IMG/VR virus record: IMGVR_UViG_2706794698_000014 | DNA from: a virus | Taxonomy: Duplodnaviria > Heunggongvirae > Uroviricota > Caudoviricetes | Direction: 5' to 3' (one strand) | Length of the DNA: 7,271 nucleotides | Shown here: positions 1 through 6,858 of the stretch, one piece after another | Layout: every line of letters begins with the position of its first letter | How positions within the stretch are numbered: the stretch's first letter is position 1 | Notes under the pieces: generated by a model | What the model was told of the DNA's origin: nothing | The model's input: the letters and a program-made list of their open reading frames with translations, nothing else | Databases searched by the model: none | Program-made: the position numbers and the translations under genes

Positions 1-151
1 CTTCTTGCTCCTCAATCCATTAAAATCTCAGCAATAGTAGTTGTTACGTCCGCCACTGGCTCAGAGCTGACTATCCGCTAAATTTAGCTCAGTGCCGTAG
101 CTGTGTCAGAACAAACCTAAGCCGAAACCGTTTATTACAAAACAATAAATA

Positions 152-850
152 TCAGGGTTTAAAATCCAGCACCCCATTTTGAAATACTTTATATACTTCC
201 GGCGAAGGGGGGGCAGGTATATCAGCATTCTTTATCGCATTCATCGCTTCACGACATAAATCGAGGTCTCCACTTTCTCTTTTAACCTCCAGTAGAAGGC
301 CATTCGGGGCCATATGCATTCTCAGTGTACACTCTTTTCCTGAATACTTACTCGCATCCCCGAACTGTTTTTCGATGGCGCTCTTGATTTGATGGGCATA
401 CAGACGGATATCCTCACTAACATCAGAAGTACGTTCAGATGAACTCACATACTGTGTCTCTATTGCTTTATCGGAGTAATATGATGTACGGTCATGATAA
501 TTTGTCGATACAGNNNNNNNNNNNNNNNNNNNNNNNNNNNNNNNNNNNNNNNNNNNNNNNNNNNNNNNNNNNNNNNNNNNNNNNNNNNNNNNNNNNNNNN
601 NNNNNNNNNNNNNNNNNNNNNNNNNNNNNNNNNNNNNNNNNNNNNNNNNNNNNNNNNNNNNNNNNNNNNNNNNNNNNNNNNNNNNNNNNNNNNNNNNNNN
701 NNNNNNNNNNNNNNNNNNNNNNNNNNNNNNNNNNNNNNNNNNNNNNNNNNNNNNNNNNNNNNNNNNNNNNNNNNNNNNAAATGTTCGTGATACCTGTCGG
801 CGACAGAAAAGGTTAATGGTATCACCCCACCGCACAGGGGGATTCACCAT
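152..850 (-). CDS. TolA C-terminal (domain III)-like protein, likely prophage cargo gene. Stop codon at 152-154; the C-terminal ~120 codons (152..513) are well supported. The N-terminal part lies in the masked block and the true start is uncertain.
   Basis: Open frame through the unmasked stretch 152..513. The translated C-terminus (…YAHQIKSAIEKQFGDASKYSGKECTLRMHMAPNGLLLEVKRESGDLDLCREAMNAIKNADIPAPPSPEVYKVFQNGVLDFKP) matches, from memory, the C-terminal domain of E. coli TolA (…YAGQIKSAIESKFYDASSYAGKTCTLRIKLAPDGMLLDIKPEGGDPALCQAALAAAKLAKIPKPPSQAVYEVFKNAPLDFKP). The ATG at 848-850 has no Shine-Dalgarno in front of it, so the start may be inside 514..778. Confidence 0.6.
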   Translation of the reverse strand: MVNPPVRWGDTINLFCRRQVSRTFXXXXXXXXXXXXXXXXXXXXXXXXXXXXXXXXXXXXXXXXXXXXXXXXXXXXXXXXXXXXXXXXXXXXXXXXXXXXXXXXXXXXXXXXXVSTNYHDRTSYYSDKAIETQYVSSSERTSDVSEDIRLYAHQIKSAIEKQFGDASKYSGKECTLRMHMAPNGLLLEVKRESGDLDLCREAMNAIKNADIPAPPSPEVYKVFQNGVLDFKP

Positions 851-1367
851 GCAGGAGTTTTCTTAGCAAACTCACTGCGCGCCCGGCAACTCCCAACCAC
901 ATAAAATGCGGAGTTTGTGGCATTTATGCATATAACTCGCAGGAATTATCTTAAAAAACTGATGTCGATCCGGATTAAAAAGAAGCAGGTCATCATCAGA
1001 TGACTGGAAAAAAGGAAAACAAAAAATACTCATCATACAGTTTTGATTGCAGGGATGAGCCTGCTATGCACAATATGCAGAATATAAGCAAGATAAAAAT
1101 ATGCAGGCATATTATTTCGGATCTTGTTATTAACACAACCTTTTTAATAATCATTTGGCATACAATAAACCAGCCCAAAAACATATTGTCCCGCTAAACA
1201 GCGAATTACAAACCACCCTGCAATGATCTCTCATCTCATTTTATATGAGTTGACGACATCAGGATAACGCATCATCAGCCCCTGCCAAGAAATATCAAAA
1301 CTCCCGCCAGCAATGTGTTATCACAATATTGTAAAAAAAACACAGCACCGAAACTATAACTGGTCTC

Positions 1368-1376
1368 TGTTATAAT
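1368..1376 (+). promoter_or_regulatory. Candidate extended -10 promoter element (TGtTATAAT) on the plus strand, reading toward the terminator at 1434-1460
   Basis: Consensus TATAAT at 1371-1376 preceded by TG at 1368-1369. No good -35, which an extended -10 can tolerate. No protein ORF lies downstream before the terminator. Confidence 0.3.
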
Positions 1377-1433
1377 TTGGAGCAGAAAGACCAGTTGCCC
1401 AACTAGCAGCATTCTCCCCTGCTTTCCTGACGT

Positions 1434-1460
1434 AAAAAAACCGCATTAAGCGGTTTTTTT
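1434..1460. terminator. Bidirectional intrinsic terminator: A7 - CCGC ATTAA GCGG - T7
   Basis: Seen directly: aaaaaaaccgcattaagcggttttttt. The GC stem is flanked by an A-run on one side and a T-run on the other, so it can terminate on either strand. It sits about 80 nt downstream of the Q-like gene on the minus strand, where a tR'-type terminator is expected. Confidence 0.6.
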
Positions 1461-1540
1461 ACGATGTCCATGTCTGCAATCCGCCTCGCGATACAGCTTT
1501 GCGAAGCATAGCAAAATTGAAGCAGTTTATACGTAAGAAA

Positions 1541-2083
1541 TCAAGCCATTTTCTCAGCAAATGATTCACGCATGGGAATATATAGGGCATACTCAGCAAC
1601 AGCTAACCAATTAGCAATCCGTTTTTCGCATGTGCTAAAACACCACTCTGGGTGTGCATCATTTAGCAATTCAGCCATTTTGCGCTTAGTCATCCCCCGC
1701 CCTTCATAGCGTTGCCGGAGAATGCAAATCAATCCTGGATGCTCTGCCAGCACCTCACTTATGACTCGATCAATACATAACGCCTCTGCATCAGTACAAT
1801 GCGCCAGCCAGCTCTTTTGCTTGCCGTTGATCATCTCTCGCAAAAACGCTTCCAGCTCAGCTTTCTCTATTCCCGCTTTTTTCATTCTGCGCAGGGCTTC
1901 ATTAATGGCTGTTTTCGTCAGTTTTTTGGATGCCAACAACTGATTGAACATATTCCCTGACCTGCCACCGCCAATATACGACCAGCGCCCCCACATACGT
2001 AGTTTTCCCTGAATCCAGACACTTTCCAGCGTGGTGAGGCGAAGGTGTTCTCCGCTTTTTCCTGTATTCGTTGGGTAAATCAT
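1541..2083 (-). CDS. Phage late-gene antitermination protein Q-like (Q82/Q21-type family), 180 aa
   Basis: ATG at 2081-2083 overlaps the TGA of the upstream gene (ATGA); an AAAGG Shine-Dalgarno sits 6 nt upstream. Position (last gene before a terminator, directly after a YbcO-like gene) and remembered resemblance to Q-family antiterminators of E. coli prophages (e.g. QuuD-like WG.W N-terminal motif). Assignment is from memory, not a search. Confidence 0.55.
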   Translation of the reverse strand: MIYPTNTGKSGEHLRLTTLESVWIQGKLRMWGRWSYIGGGRSGNMFNQLLASKKLTKTAINEALRRMKKAGIEKAELEAFLREMINGKQKSWLAHCTDAEALCIDRVISEVLAEHPGLICILRQRYEGRGMTKRKMAELLNDAHPEWCFSTCEKRIANWLAVAEYALYIPMRESFAEKMA

Positions 2084-2370
2084 AAATGACCTTTCTTTCT
2101 CCAGATTTCTTGTGTGCGAAAAACCCCTTCAGCATGCATCAGGCGCAATTCTTCTTTGGTGTAATCGCTGGTTTTTACCCGCCCGTCGATTAGATCGTGG
2201 CATGAGCTACAGGCTATCGCCGCCTGCATATCATGTGGTTTTGTCGCTGTTCCGCACGTCCCCGCCAGCCTGTAATGCGCCAGCACAGAGGTTTCGGGAT
2301 TGTGATTGCAGTAGCCAGGGATTCTGATCTGGCACATCTGGCCTTTAGCCGCTTTACGTAAATTCACCAT
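2080..2370 (-). CDS. DUF1364 family protein (YbcO-like putative nuclease), 96 aa
   Basis: Translation MVNLRKAAKGQMCQIRIPGYCNHNPETSVLAHYRLAGTCGTATKPHDMQAAIACSSCHD… carries the cysteine pattern and overall resemblance to E. coli DLP12 YbcO. The ATG at 2368-2370 overlaps the stop of the upstream gene (TAATG). Confidence 0.65.
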   Translation of the reverse strand: MVNLRKAAKGQMCQIRIPGYCNHNPETSVLAHYRLAGTCGTATKPHDMQAAIACSSCHDLIDGRVKTSDYTKEELRLMHAEGVFRTQEIWRKKGHL

Positions 2371-2969
2371 TACGCAAACTCCAGTAGTTGTGCGGCCACA
2401 TTTTCAACTTCCTCCTGAGAGGAGAATTTACGGAACAGAATCCAGTTCCACAGCACATTCAGTACAGATTTATAAACCTGCTGAAACTCGACTTCGTCCA
2501 TATTCGCAAAAGCGATGGATTTTGCCCGACGCCCACGGCTACCGTCCGGATAAATATGCTCGGTGTAAAATCCGGCCTGAATGGTTACCCACTCGCGGAA
2601 AGCCTCAAACGACTTTAGCAACGCCGTATCCCGGGTTCTACGAGTCGCAACGGTGTTAAGGTATTGCTCTGCGGCATCACTCAGGGCTGGCGTGTGTTCC
2701 CGACCAACTGATTCGCACAGGTAATCAACGAAACCAGACAGCAGTTCTCGTTCGCGAGGCGTGATCGCCCCACCGACCGGAGTCCAGTAATCGAATCCCA
2801 GTTGCAGGAGTTTGAAAAAACGCTTGTGGAATGCGTAGTTACGCACACGCTTAAAGTCTGCGTGTATCCACTCACCTATTTTGATTTGATGCAGAAAATC
2901 GCAACTCTCCGGCGTCGCCGGGAGAAGTAAACCAGAAGAGGTTTGTTTGACCAGTTGTATATGCGCCAT
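2370..2969 (-). CDS. DUF1367-like phage protein (nin-region protein of unknown function), 199 aa
   Basis: ATG at 2967-2969 with an in-frame stop immediately upstream (2973-2975); its stop overlaps the start of the next gene. Family call is from remembered similarity to DUF1367 (YdfU-like) proteins and is tentative. Confidence 0.5.
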   Translation of the reverse strand: MAHIQLVKQTSSGLLLPATPESCDFLHQIKIGEWIHADFKRVRNYAFHKRFFKLLQLGFDYWTPVGGAITPRERELLSGFVDYLCESVGREHTPALSDAAEQYLNTVATRRTRDTALLKSFEAFREWVTIQAGFYTEHIYPDGSRGRRAKSIAFANMDEVEFQQVYKSVLNVLWNWILFRKFSSQEEVENVAAQLLEFA

Positions 2970-3523
2970 TTCTCAATCTCTCGATGGCGCAGCGCAGCAG
3001 ATGCCAGTTGTTCAGGCNNNNNNNNNNNNNNNNNNNNNNNNNNNNNNNNNNNNNNNNNNNNNNNNNNNNNNNNNNNNNNNNNNNNNNNNNNNNNNNNNNN
3101 NNNNNNNNNNNNNNNNNNNNNNNNNNNNNNNNNNNNNNNNNNNNNNNNNNNNNNNNNNNNNNNNNNNNNNNNNNNNNNNNNNNNNNNNNNNNNNNNNNNN
3201 NNNNNNNNNNNNNNNNNNNNNNNNNNNNNNNNNNNNNNNNNNNNNNNNNNNNNNNNNNNNNNNNNNNNNNNNNNNNNNNCAGNNNNNNNNNNNNNNNNNN
3301 NNNNNNNNNNNNNNNNNNNNNNNNNNNNNNNNNNNNNNNNNNNNNNNNNNNNNNNNNNNNNNNNNNNNNNNNNNNNNNNNNNNNNNNNNNNNNNNNNNNN
3401 NNNNNNNNNNNNNNNNNNNNNNNNNNNNNNNNNNNNNNNNNNNNNNNNNNNNNNNNNNNNNNNNNNNNNNNNNNNNNNNNNNNNNNNNNNNNNNNNNNNN
3501 NNNNNNNNNNNNNNNNNNNNNNN

Positions 3524-3686
3524 CCGTCAGAAGTCCATTACAAAAATAAAATAACACAGCACCGCTCTTCCTTTGTTGAGATTGCAAACATCTAATGCGG
3601 CAATGGCTGACAATCGCTCCATTCTCAACGCGCACAGCATAGAGGCCATTTTCACTAAAAATTTCACGCAATTCTTCGATTTTCAT
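3524..3686 (-). CDS. Hypothetical protein, N-terminal 54 codons only (MKIEELREIFSENGLYAVRVENGAIVSHCRIRC…); the 3' end lies in the masked block and cannot be determined
   Basis: ATG at 3684-3686 preceded by a GGAAGGA Shine-Dalgarno at 8-nt spacing; open frame into the mask; a candidate promoter lies upstream. The ORF-track end at 3012 is an artefact of reading through N. Confidence 0.35.
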
Positions 3687-3767
3687 CTTCAGAATCCTTC
3701 CAGATAAATAGCTCTCCCCTGTTCGGGGTCCATCCCTCTTCTCCCTGCGCGCTACTTAAGTGAGTCG

Positions 3768-3795
3768 ATTCTATCTGCGAAGGTGCGCGAATCAA
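3768..3795 (-). promoter_or_regulatory. Candidate sigma70 promoter (TTGATT - 16 nt - TAGAAT) for the gene starting at 3686
   Basis: Minus-strand hexamers: -35 at 3790-3795, -10 at 3768-3773. Located just downstream of the hok terminator and about 75 nt upstream of the ATG. Confidence 0.35.
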
Positions 3796-3811
3796 ATTCA
3801 CCGGAAATAAA

Positions 3812-3858
3812 CAACAAAAAACCCGCCGAAACGCTGAGAGATCACAGCGATGGGCGGG
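3812..3858 (-). terminator. Candidate intrinsic terminator of the hok transcript (interrupted GC-rich hairpin followed by U6 on the minus strand)
   Basis: Minus strand reads cccgcc..cagcg…ggcggg followed by tttttt (top-strand A-run 3816-3821). A second perfect 9-bp stem-loop (gggcgggga/tccccgccc, 3900-3927) lies immediately 3' of the hok stop, consistent with the structured 3' end of hok-family mRNAs. Confidence 0.4.
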
Positions 3859-3935
3859 TTAAGTGCGGGTGCGTTGAGGATGCCTGACACATCAGAGGTG
3901 GGCGGGGATGGGATCAGCTCCCCGCCCGGTCACTC

Positions 3936-4091
3936 TTACTTCCTGGATTCGTAGTCTACGAAGACAGCGACCTCCGTCTGGCCGGTTCGGATTCGTACCT
4001 CACAGAGGTCTTTCCTCGTTACCAGTGCCGTCACTATGACGGTTAAACAGATGACGATCAGGGCGATTAACATCGCCTTTTGCTGCTTCAT
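3936..4091 (-). CDS. hok: Hok/Gef-family type I toxin (small membrane toxin), 51 aa: MKQQKAMLIALIVICLTVIVTALVTRKDLCEVRIRTGQTEVAVFVDYESRK
   Basis: ATG at 4089-4091 with an AAGGAG Shine-Dalgarno 9 nt upstream; stop at 3936-3938. The first ~45 residues match HokD/RelF of E. coli Qin as I remember it, with a divergent C-terminus. The 70-aa ORF in the track is an in-frame upstream extension (mok-like). Confidence 0.85.
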   Translation of the reverse strand: MKQQKAMLIALIVICLTVIVTALVTRKDLCEVRIRTGQTEVAVFVDYESRK

Positions 4092-4139
4092 AGCCTGCTT
4101 CTCCTTGCCTTTCGGCATGTAAGAGGCTAACCTACATGT

Positions 4140-4215
4140 GCAAAGCATGAAATTGGCCTCAGATTAATGTTAAGCGTCTTGCCGGACGCGTAATGTTAAC
4201 TGGGGCTTTTCTCTA
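4140..4215 (+). ncRNA. sok: Hypothesised Sok-like antisense RNA opposite the hok leader and upstream (mok-like) initiation region; boundaries approximate
   Basis: Inference from hok-locus architecture. A possible plus-strand promoter (TTGCCT 4105-4110, 17-nt spacer, TAACCT 4128-4133) would give a transcript antisense to the upstream in-frame ATG at 4146-4148 and its GAGG Shine-Dalgarno. An imperfect hairpin around 4171-4194 and a T-rich run at 4207-4215 follow. No direct evidence of the RNA. Confidence 0.2.
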
Positions 4216-4267
4216 TCTGCCTTTTGGTGTTCATGCCTGAAGCAGATAGCCTCAAGCACCCGCAGTC

Positions 4268-4297
4268 ATTCTACTTACCTCGCCAATATGAAATCAA
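4268..4297 (-). promoter_or_regulatory. Candidate hok mRNA promoter (TTGATT - 18 nt - TAGAAT)
   Basis: Minus-strand -35 at 4292-4297 and -10 at 4268-4273, directly after the stop of the upstream gene. Predicts a ~170-nt leader and a ~440-nt mRNA ending at the 3812-3858 terminator, in line with hok-family transcripts. Confidence 0.4.
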
Positions 4298-4318
4298 TCA
4301 GAAAGGTGCCCCATAAAA

Positions 4319-5005
4319 TCACTCCTTCTCTTCTTTACCGTAGTGGAGTTGACCAATTTTGATAAGAGGGCGTCCCTGAGATTTGCGGTGTAGATTGGTA
4401 TCGCGCAGAGAATACACACAGCCACAATATTCCTGCTGATAGAATTTTTCGCGCTTGCTGATTTCAATCATACGGGACGAGCCGCCCTGCTTGCGCCAGT
4501 TATAATCCCAGTACACCATGCCCGGATAATGCGCGACGGCTCGCCGCCCACAGTCGTTAACCTGCTGCATATTTTTCCAGCGTGAAATGCCCAGTGAACT
4601 GCTGATCACACTGAAACCATTTTCAGCGGCGTACAGCGCTGTCCGCTCAAAACGCATGTCAAAACACATGGTGCAACGGATCCCTCGTTCGGGCTCCCAT
4701 TCCATTCCTTTGGCTCGTTCAAACCAGTTGTCTGTGTCGTAATCAGCATCAATAAACGGCACGCCGTGTTGTTCAGCAAAGCGAATATTCTCATCCTTAC
4801 GAATTAAATACTCTTTCTGAGGATGAATGTTCGGGTTGTAGAAAAAGATGGTGTAGTCGATTCCCGAGGCCTGAAGCGCCTCCATCACCTCACCGGAACA
4901 TGGAGCACAGCAAGAGTGCAGTAGTAGTTTGTTTGCCCCGTTTGGGAGCTCCAATTTGGGCCGTTTGAAATCAGCAACTGTCATAAATATGTTTATTGGG
5001 GTCAT
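4319..5005 (-). CDS. DUF208 / QueH-like protein (epoxyqueuosine reductase family homologue), 228 aa
   Basis: Translation contains [11 protein letters not shown] near the N-terminus, a central C-x-x-C (IRCTMCF) and a C-terminal EYCGC, which I recall as conserved cysteine motifs of the DUF208/QueH family. No clear Shine-Dalgarno before either ATG (5003-5005 or 4982-4984), so the start is uncertain. Confidence 0.5.
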   Translation of the reverse strand: MTPINIFMTVADFKRPKLELPNGANKLLLHSCCAPCSGEVMEALQASGIDYTIFFYNPNIHPQKEYLIRKDENIRFAEQHGVPFIDADYDTDNWFERAKGMEWEPERGIRCTMCFDMRFERTALYAAENGFSVISSSLGISRWKNMQQVNDCGRRAVAHYPGMVYWDYNWRKQGGSSRMIEISKREKFYQQEYCGCVYSLRDTNLHRKSQGRPLIKIGQLHYGKEEKE

Positions 5006-5152
5006 AAAAATATCAAAGAGTGTAGCATTAGAACGGGGCTATCGGAAACAGATGTGTGACTGCTCCCCGCCCTTTCGGGTGGTCTCCTGATGATTTGAGG
5101 GTGCAGAAATCCCTCCGGTTAAGGATTAAATTTTTAACAGTGCTAAATTTAA

Positions 5153-5509
5153 TTATTCAGTTCTGGATTTTGTCGCCCTGCGTATCCGCGCTTTCGCGTT
5201 ACGCTCAATCTGTATCAGCTTTTCTATATTTCTCCGCCTTTCCTGTTCCTCCTGGCGCAATAGCCTTACATCATCTGCCAGTCTGGTTTCTCTTTTTGCC
5301 ACAGAGAGCATCCAGTCAAACGGCTCCACAACCGCACCGCAGATTTTACAGCGGACCTGACGCTCTTTTTCGTCAACCCGTACAGAGGCGTGATGGCAAT
5401 ATGGTCTTTCCGATGGCTCATAAAGAAAATTAACCTGATTACGAGGGTCATCCTCTTTTACCGGAAATAAAACGATATTGCTTAACTCATCTTCTGGTTT
5501 TATTTCCAT
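5153..5509 (-). CDS. Hypothetical zinc-ribbon protein with a basic coiled-coil C-terminus, 118 aa
   Basis: ATG at 5507-5509 preceded by a strong AGGAGAGGAG Shine-Dalgarno. C-x-H-H…C-K-I-C-G motif followed by an R/E/K-rich tail. The ORF-track start at 5566 (ATG directly abutting the upstream stop, TGAATG) is a possible but less likely start. Confidence 0.5.
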   Translation of the reverse strand: MEIKPEDELSNIVLFPVKEDDPRNQVNFLYEPSERPYCHHASVRVDEKERQVRCKICGAVVEPFDWMLSVAKRETRLADDVRLLRQEEQERRRNIEKLIQIERNAKARIRRATKSRTE

Positions 5510-5566
5510 GCTCCTCTCCTTTGATGCGAATGCCAGCGGTAATTGAAGCCTGATAGCTAATTTCAT

Positions 5567-5989
5567 TCACAGTATCGCCTCCTGAAAATTACCCTGATAG
5601 AAAGCCAGTACACGCTGCATAGCTTCGCTCTTCCGGCACTCGCGACAGATTATATTCAGGCGCCTGTCGTAGCGGCGTATTTCTCCGTCAGGTAATGACC
5701 AGATAAGGTCCGGATCAACAACAACCGGTTTCCTCACCTTTACTCTCGAGAGTTTTTTGCGGGCGCTTTGCCAGTCCTTGCGAGCCTGTTCAGACGGGAA
5801 TAAGCCGTAGCCAGAATTATATACATCACCACTTGCGACCAGTTCTATGCATAAGCGACCGACAGACGCACGACTGATACCTGTTTCATCTGACAACTGC
5901 CGAATCGTGACCCGACCGTCCTGATGCACGAGTTCCACAATTCGCGTCTTCAGTTCTTCCCGCTGTTCGGGAGTAAAAGGTTTCGCCAT
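5567..5989 (-). CDS. Hypothetical winged-helix/HTH DNA-binding protein, 140 aa
   Basis: ATG at 5987-5989 with an AGGAGG Shine-Dalgarno 6 nt upstream. Segment VTIRQLSDETGISRASVGRLCIELVASGDV looks like a helix-turn-helix. The family is not recognised. Confidence 0.55.
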   Translation of the reverse strand: MAKPFTPEQREELKTRIVELVHQDGRVTIRQLSDETGISRASVGRLCIELVASGDVYNSGYGLFPSEQARKDWQSARKKLSRVKVRKPVVVDPDLIWSLPDGEIRRYDRRLNIICRECRKSEAMQRVLAFYQGNFQEAIL

Positions 5990-6052
5990 AAATCCTCCTG
6001 AAACTACTTAACAACCCTCGAATGGCTAACATTCGGACGCCAGCTCTCCCAG

Positions 6053-6522
6053 TTAAAATTCACCCAGCGNNNNNNNNNNNNNNNNNNNNNNNNNNNNNNN
6101 NNNNNNNNNNNNNNNNNNNNNNNNNNNNNNNNNNNNNNNNNNNNNNNNNNNNNNNNNNNNNNNNNNNNNNNNNNNNNNNNNNNNNNNNNNNNNNNNNNNN
6201 NNNNNNNNNNNNNNNNNNNNNNNNNNNNNNNNNNNNNNNNNNNNNNNNNNNNNNNNNNNNNNNNNNNNNNNNNNNNNNNNNNNNNNNNNNNNNNNNNNNN
6301 NNNNNNNNNNNNNNNNNNNNNNGATAGCTGCCGCTAAGTGATTCTTCCCGGTACCAGGTTTTCCGCTGAACGCAAAATTTGTACACCCGGTCATCAGTTC
6401 ATCGGCGATGGATTTCGCCTGGCTTAACGCGTATCGCTGGCCGTCGTTCTGCACCTGGTAATTCGCAAACGAGCATTTACGGTGCAACGGCTGGATGCCT
6501 GAGCGATTCAGAATTTTTTCCA
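6053..6522 (-). CDS. DnaC-like helicase loader (AAA+ DnaC/IstB family), 3' portion. The frame continues into the masked block 6523-6772, where the true start must lie (a stop at 6773-6775 closes the frame just beyond the mask).
   Basis: Visible translation …LNRSGIQPLHRKCSFANYQVQNDGQRYALSQAKSIADELMTGCTNFAFSGKPGTGKNHLAAAI… aligns without gaps to E. coli DnaC residues ~57-119, including the Walker A motif GKPGTGKNHLAAAI. The M at 6487 in the ORF track is a TTG and is internal. Stop at 6053-6055. Confidence 0.8.
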
Positions 6523-6858
6523 NNNNNNNNNNNNNNNNNNNNNNNNNNNNNNNNNNNNNNNNNNNNNNNNNNNNNNNNNNNNNNNNNNNNNNNNNNNNNN
6601 NNNNNNNNNNNNNNNNNNNNNNNNNNNNNNNNNNNNNNNNNNNNNNNNNNNNNNNNNNNNNNNNNNNNNNNNNNNNNNNNNNNNNNNNNNNNNNNNNNNN
6701 NNNNNNNNNNNNNNNNNNNNNNNNNNNNNNNNNNNNNNNNNNNNNNNNNNNNNNNNNNNNNNNNNNNNNNNNTCAATAGCCTCCGGCTCGAATTTTTTAG
6801 ACGCTCGTTTTTGGCGAGGGGGAGATCAGTATTTAGATCTTCCTCTTCCTCTTCCTCT

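Noticed and set aside
1-20. Minus-strand GAGGAG Shine-Dalgarno-like motif at the extreme left edge, suggesting a gene starting just outside the window
   Set aside because: The start codon and all coding sequence would be outside the window, so this cannot be supported.
996-1197. Overlapping small ORFs on both strands (996..1184 minus, 62 aa; 1000..1197 plus, 65 aa) in the AT-rich spacer
   Set aside because: Low-complexity AT-rich sequence, no convincing Shine-Dalgarno, mutually overlapping antisense frames. More likely a non-coding AT-rich regulatory region upstream of the TolA-like gene.
1461-1545. Expected late promoter (PR') and qut site between the Q stop and the terminator on the minus strand
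   Set aside because: No sigma70-like -35/-10 pair with acceptable spacing was found on the minus strand here, so I did not annotate a late promoter.
1722-2659. Short plus- and minus-strand ORFs (1722..1943, 1902..2135, 2112..2327, 2388..2618, 2390..2659, 2681..2875) overlapping the Q, DUF1364 and DUF1367 genes
   Set aside because: Shadow frames of the better-supported minus-strand genes; no independent start signals.
3966-3980. GGTTCGGATTC, resembling a tRNA T-loop
   Set aside because: Lies inside the hok coding sequence on the opposite strand, with no acceptor stem or CCA context. No tRNA could be supported anywhere in the window.
3936-4148. 70-aa version of the hok ORF starting at 4148
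   Set aside because: The Hok-family protein begins at the internal ATG (4089-4091), which has the AAGGAG Shine-Dalgarno. The upstream in-frame ATG is better read as a mok-like leader initiation site than as the toxin N-terminus.
5056-5433. 125-aa plus-strand ORF
   Set aside because: Lies entirely antisense to the zinc-ribbon gene, has no ribosome-binding site and a Pro/Ser/Leu-rich shadow-frame composition.
514-6772. Five N-masked blocks (514-778, 3018-3279, 3283-3523, 6070-6322, 6523-6772), including the isolated CAG at 3280-3282
   Set aside because: No sequence information. Features inside them (N-terminus of the TolA-like gene, most of the gene starting at 3686, the DnaC-like start, the initiator C-terminus) cannot be called. 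No CRISPR array or rRNA was seen in the unmasked sequence.
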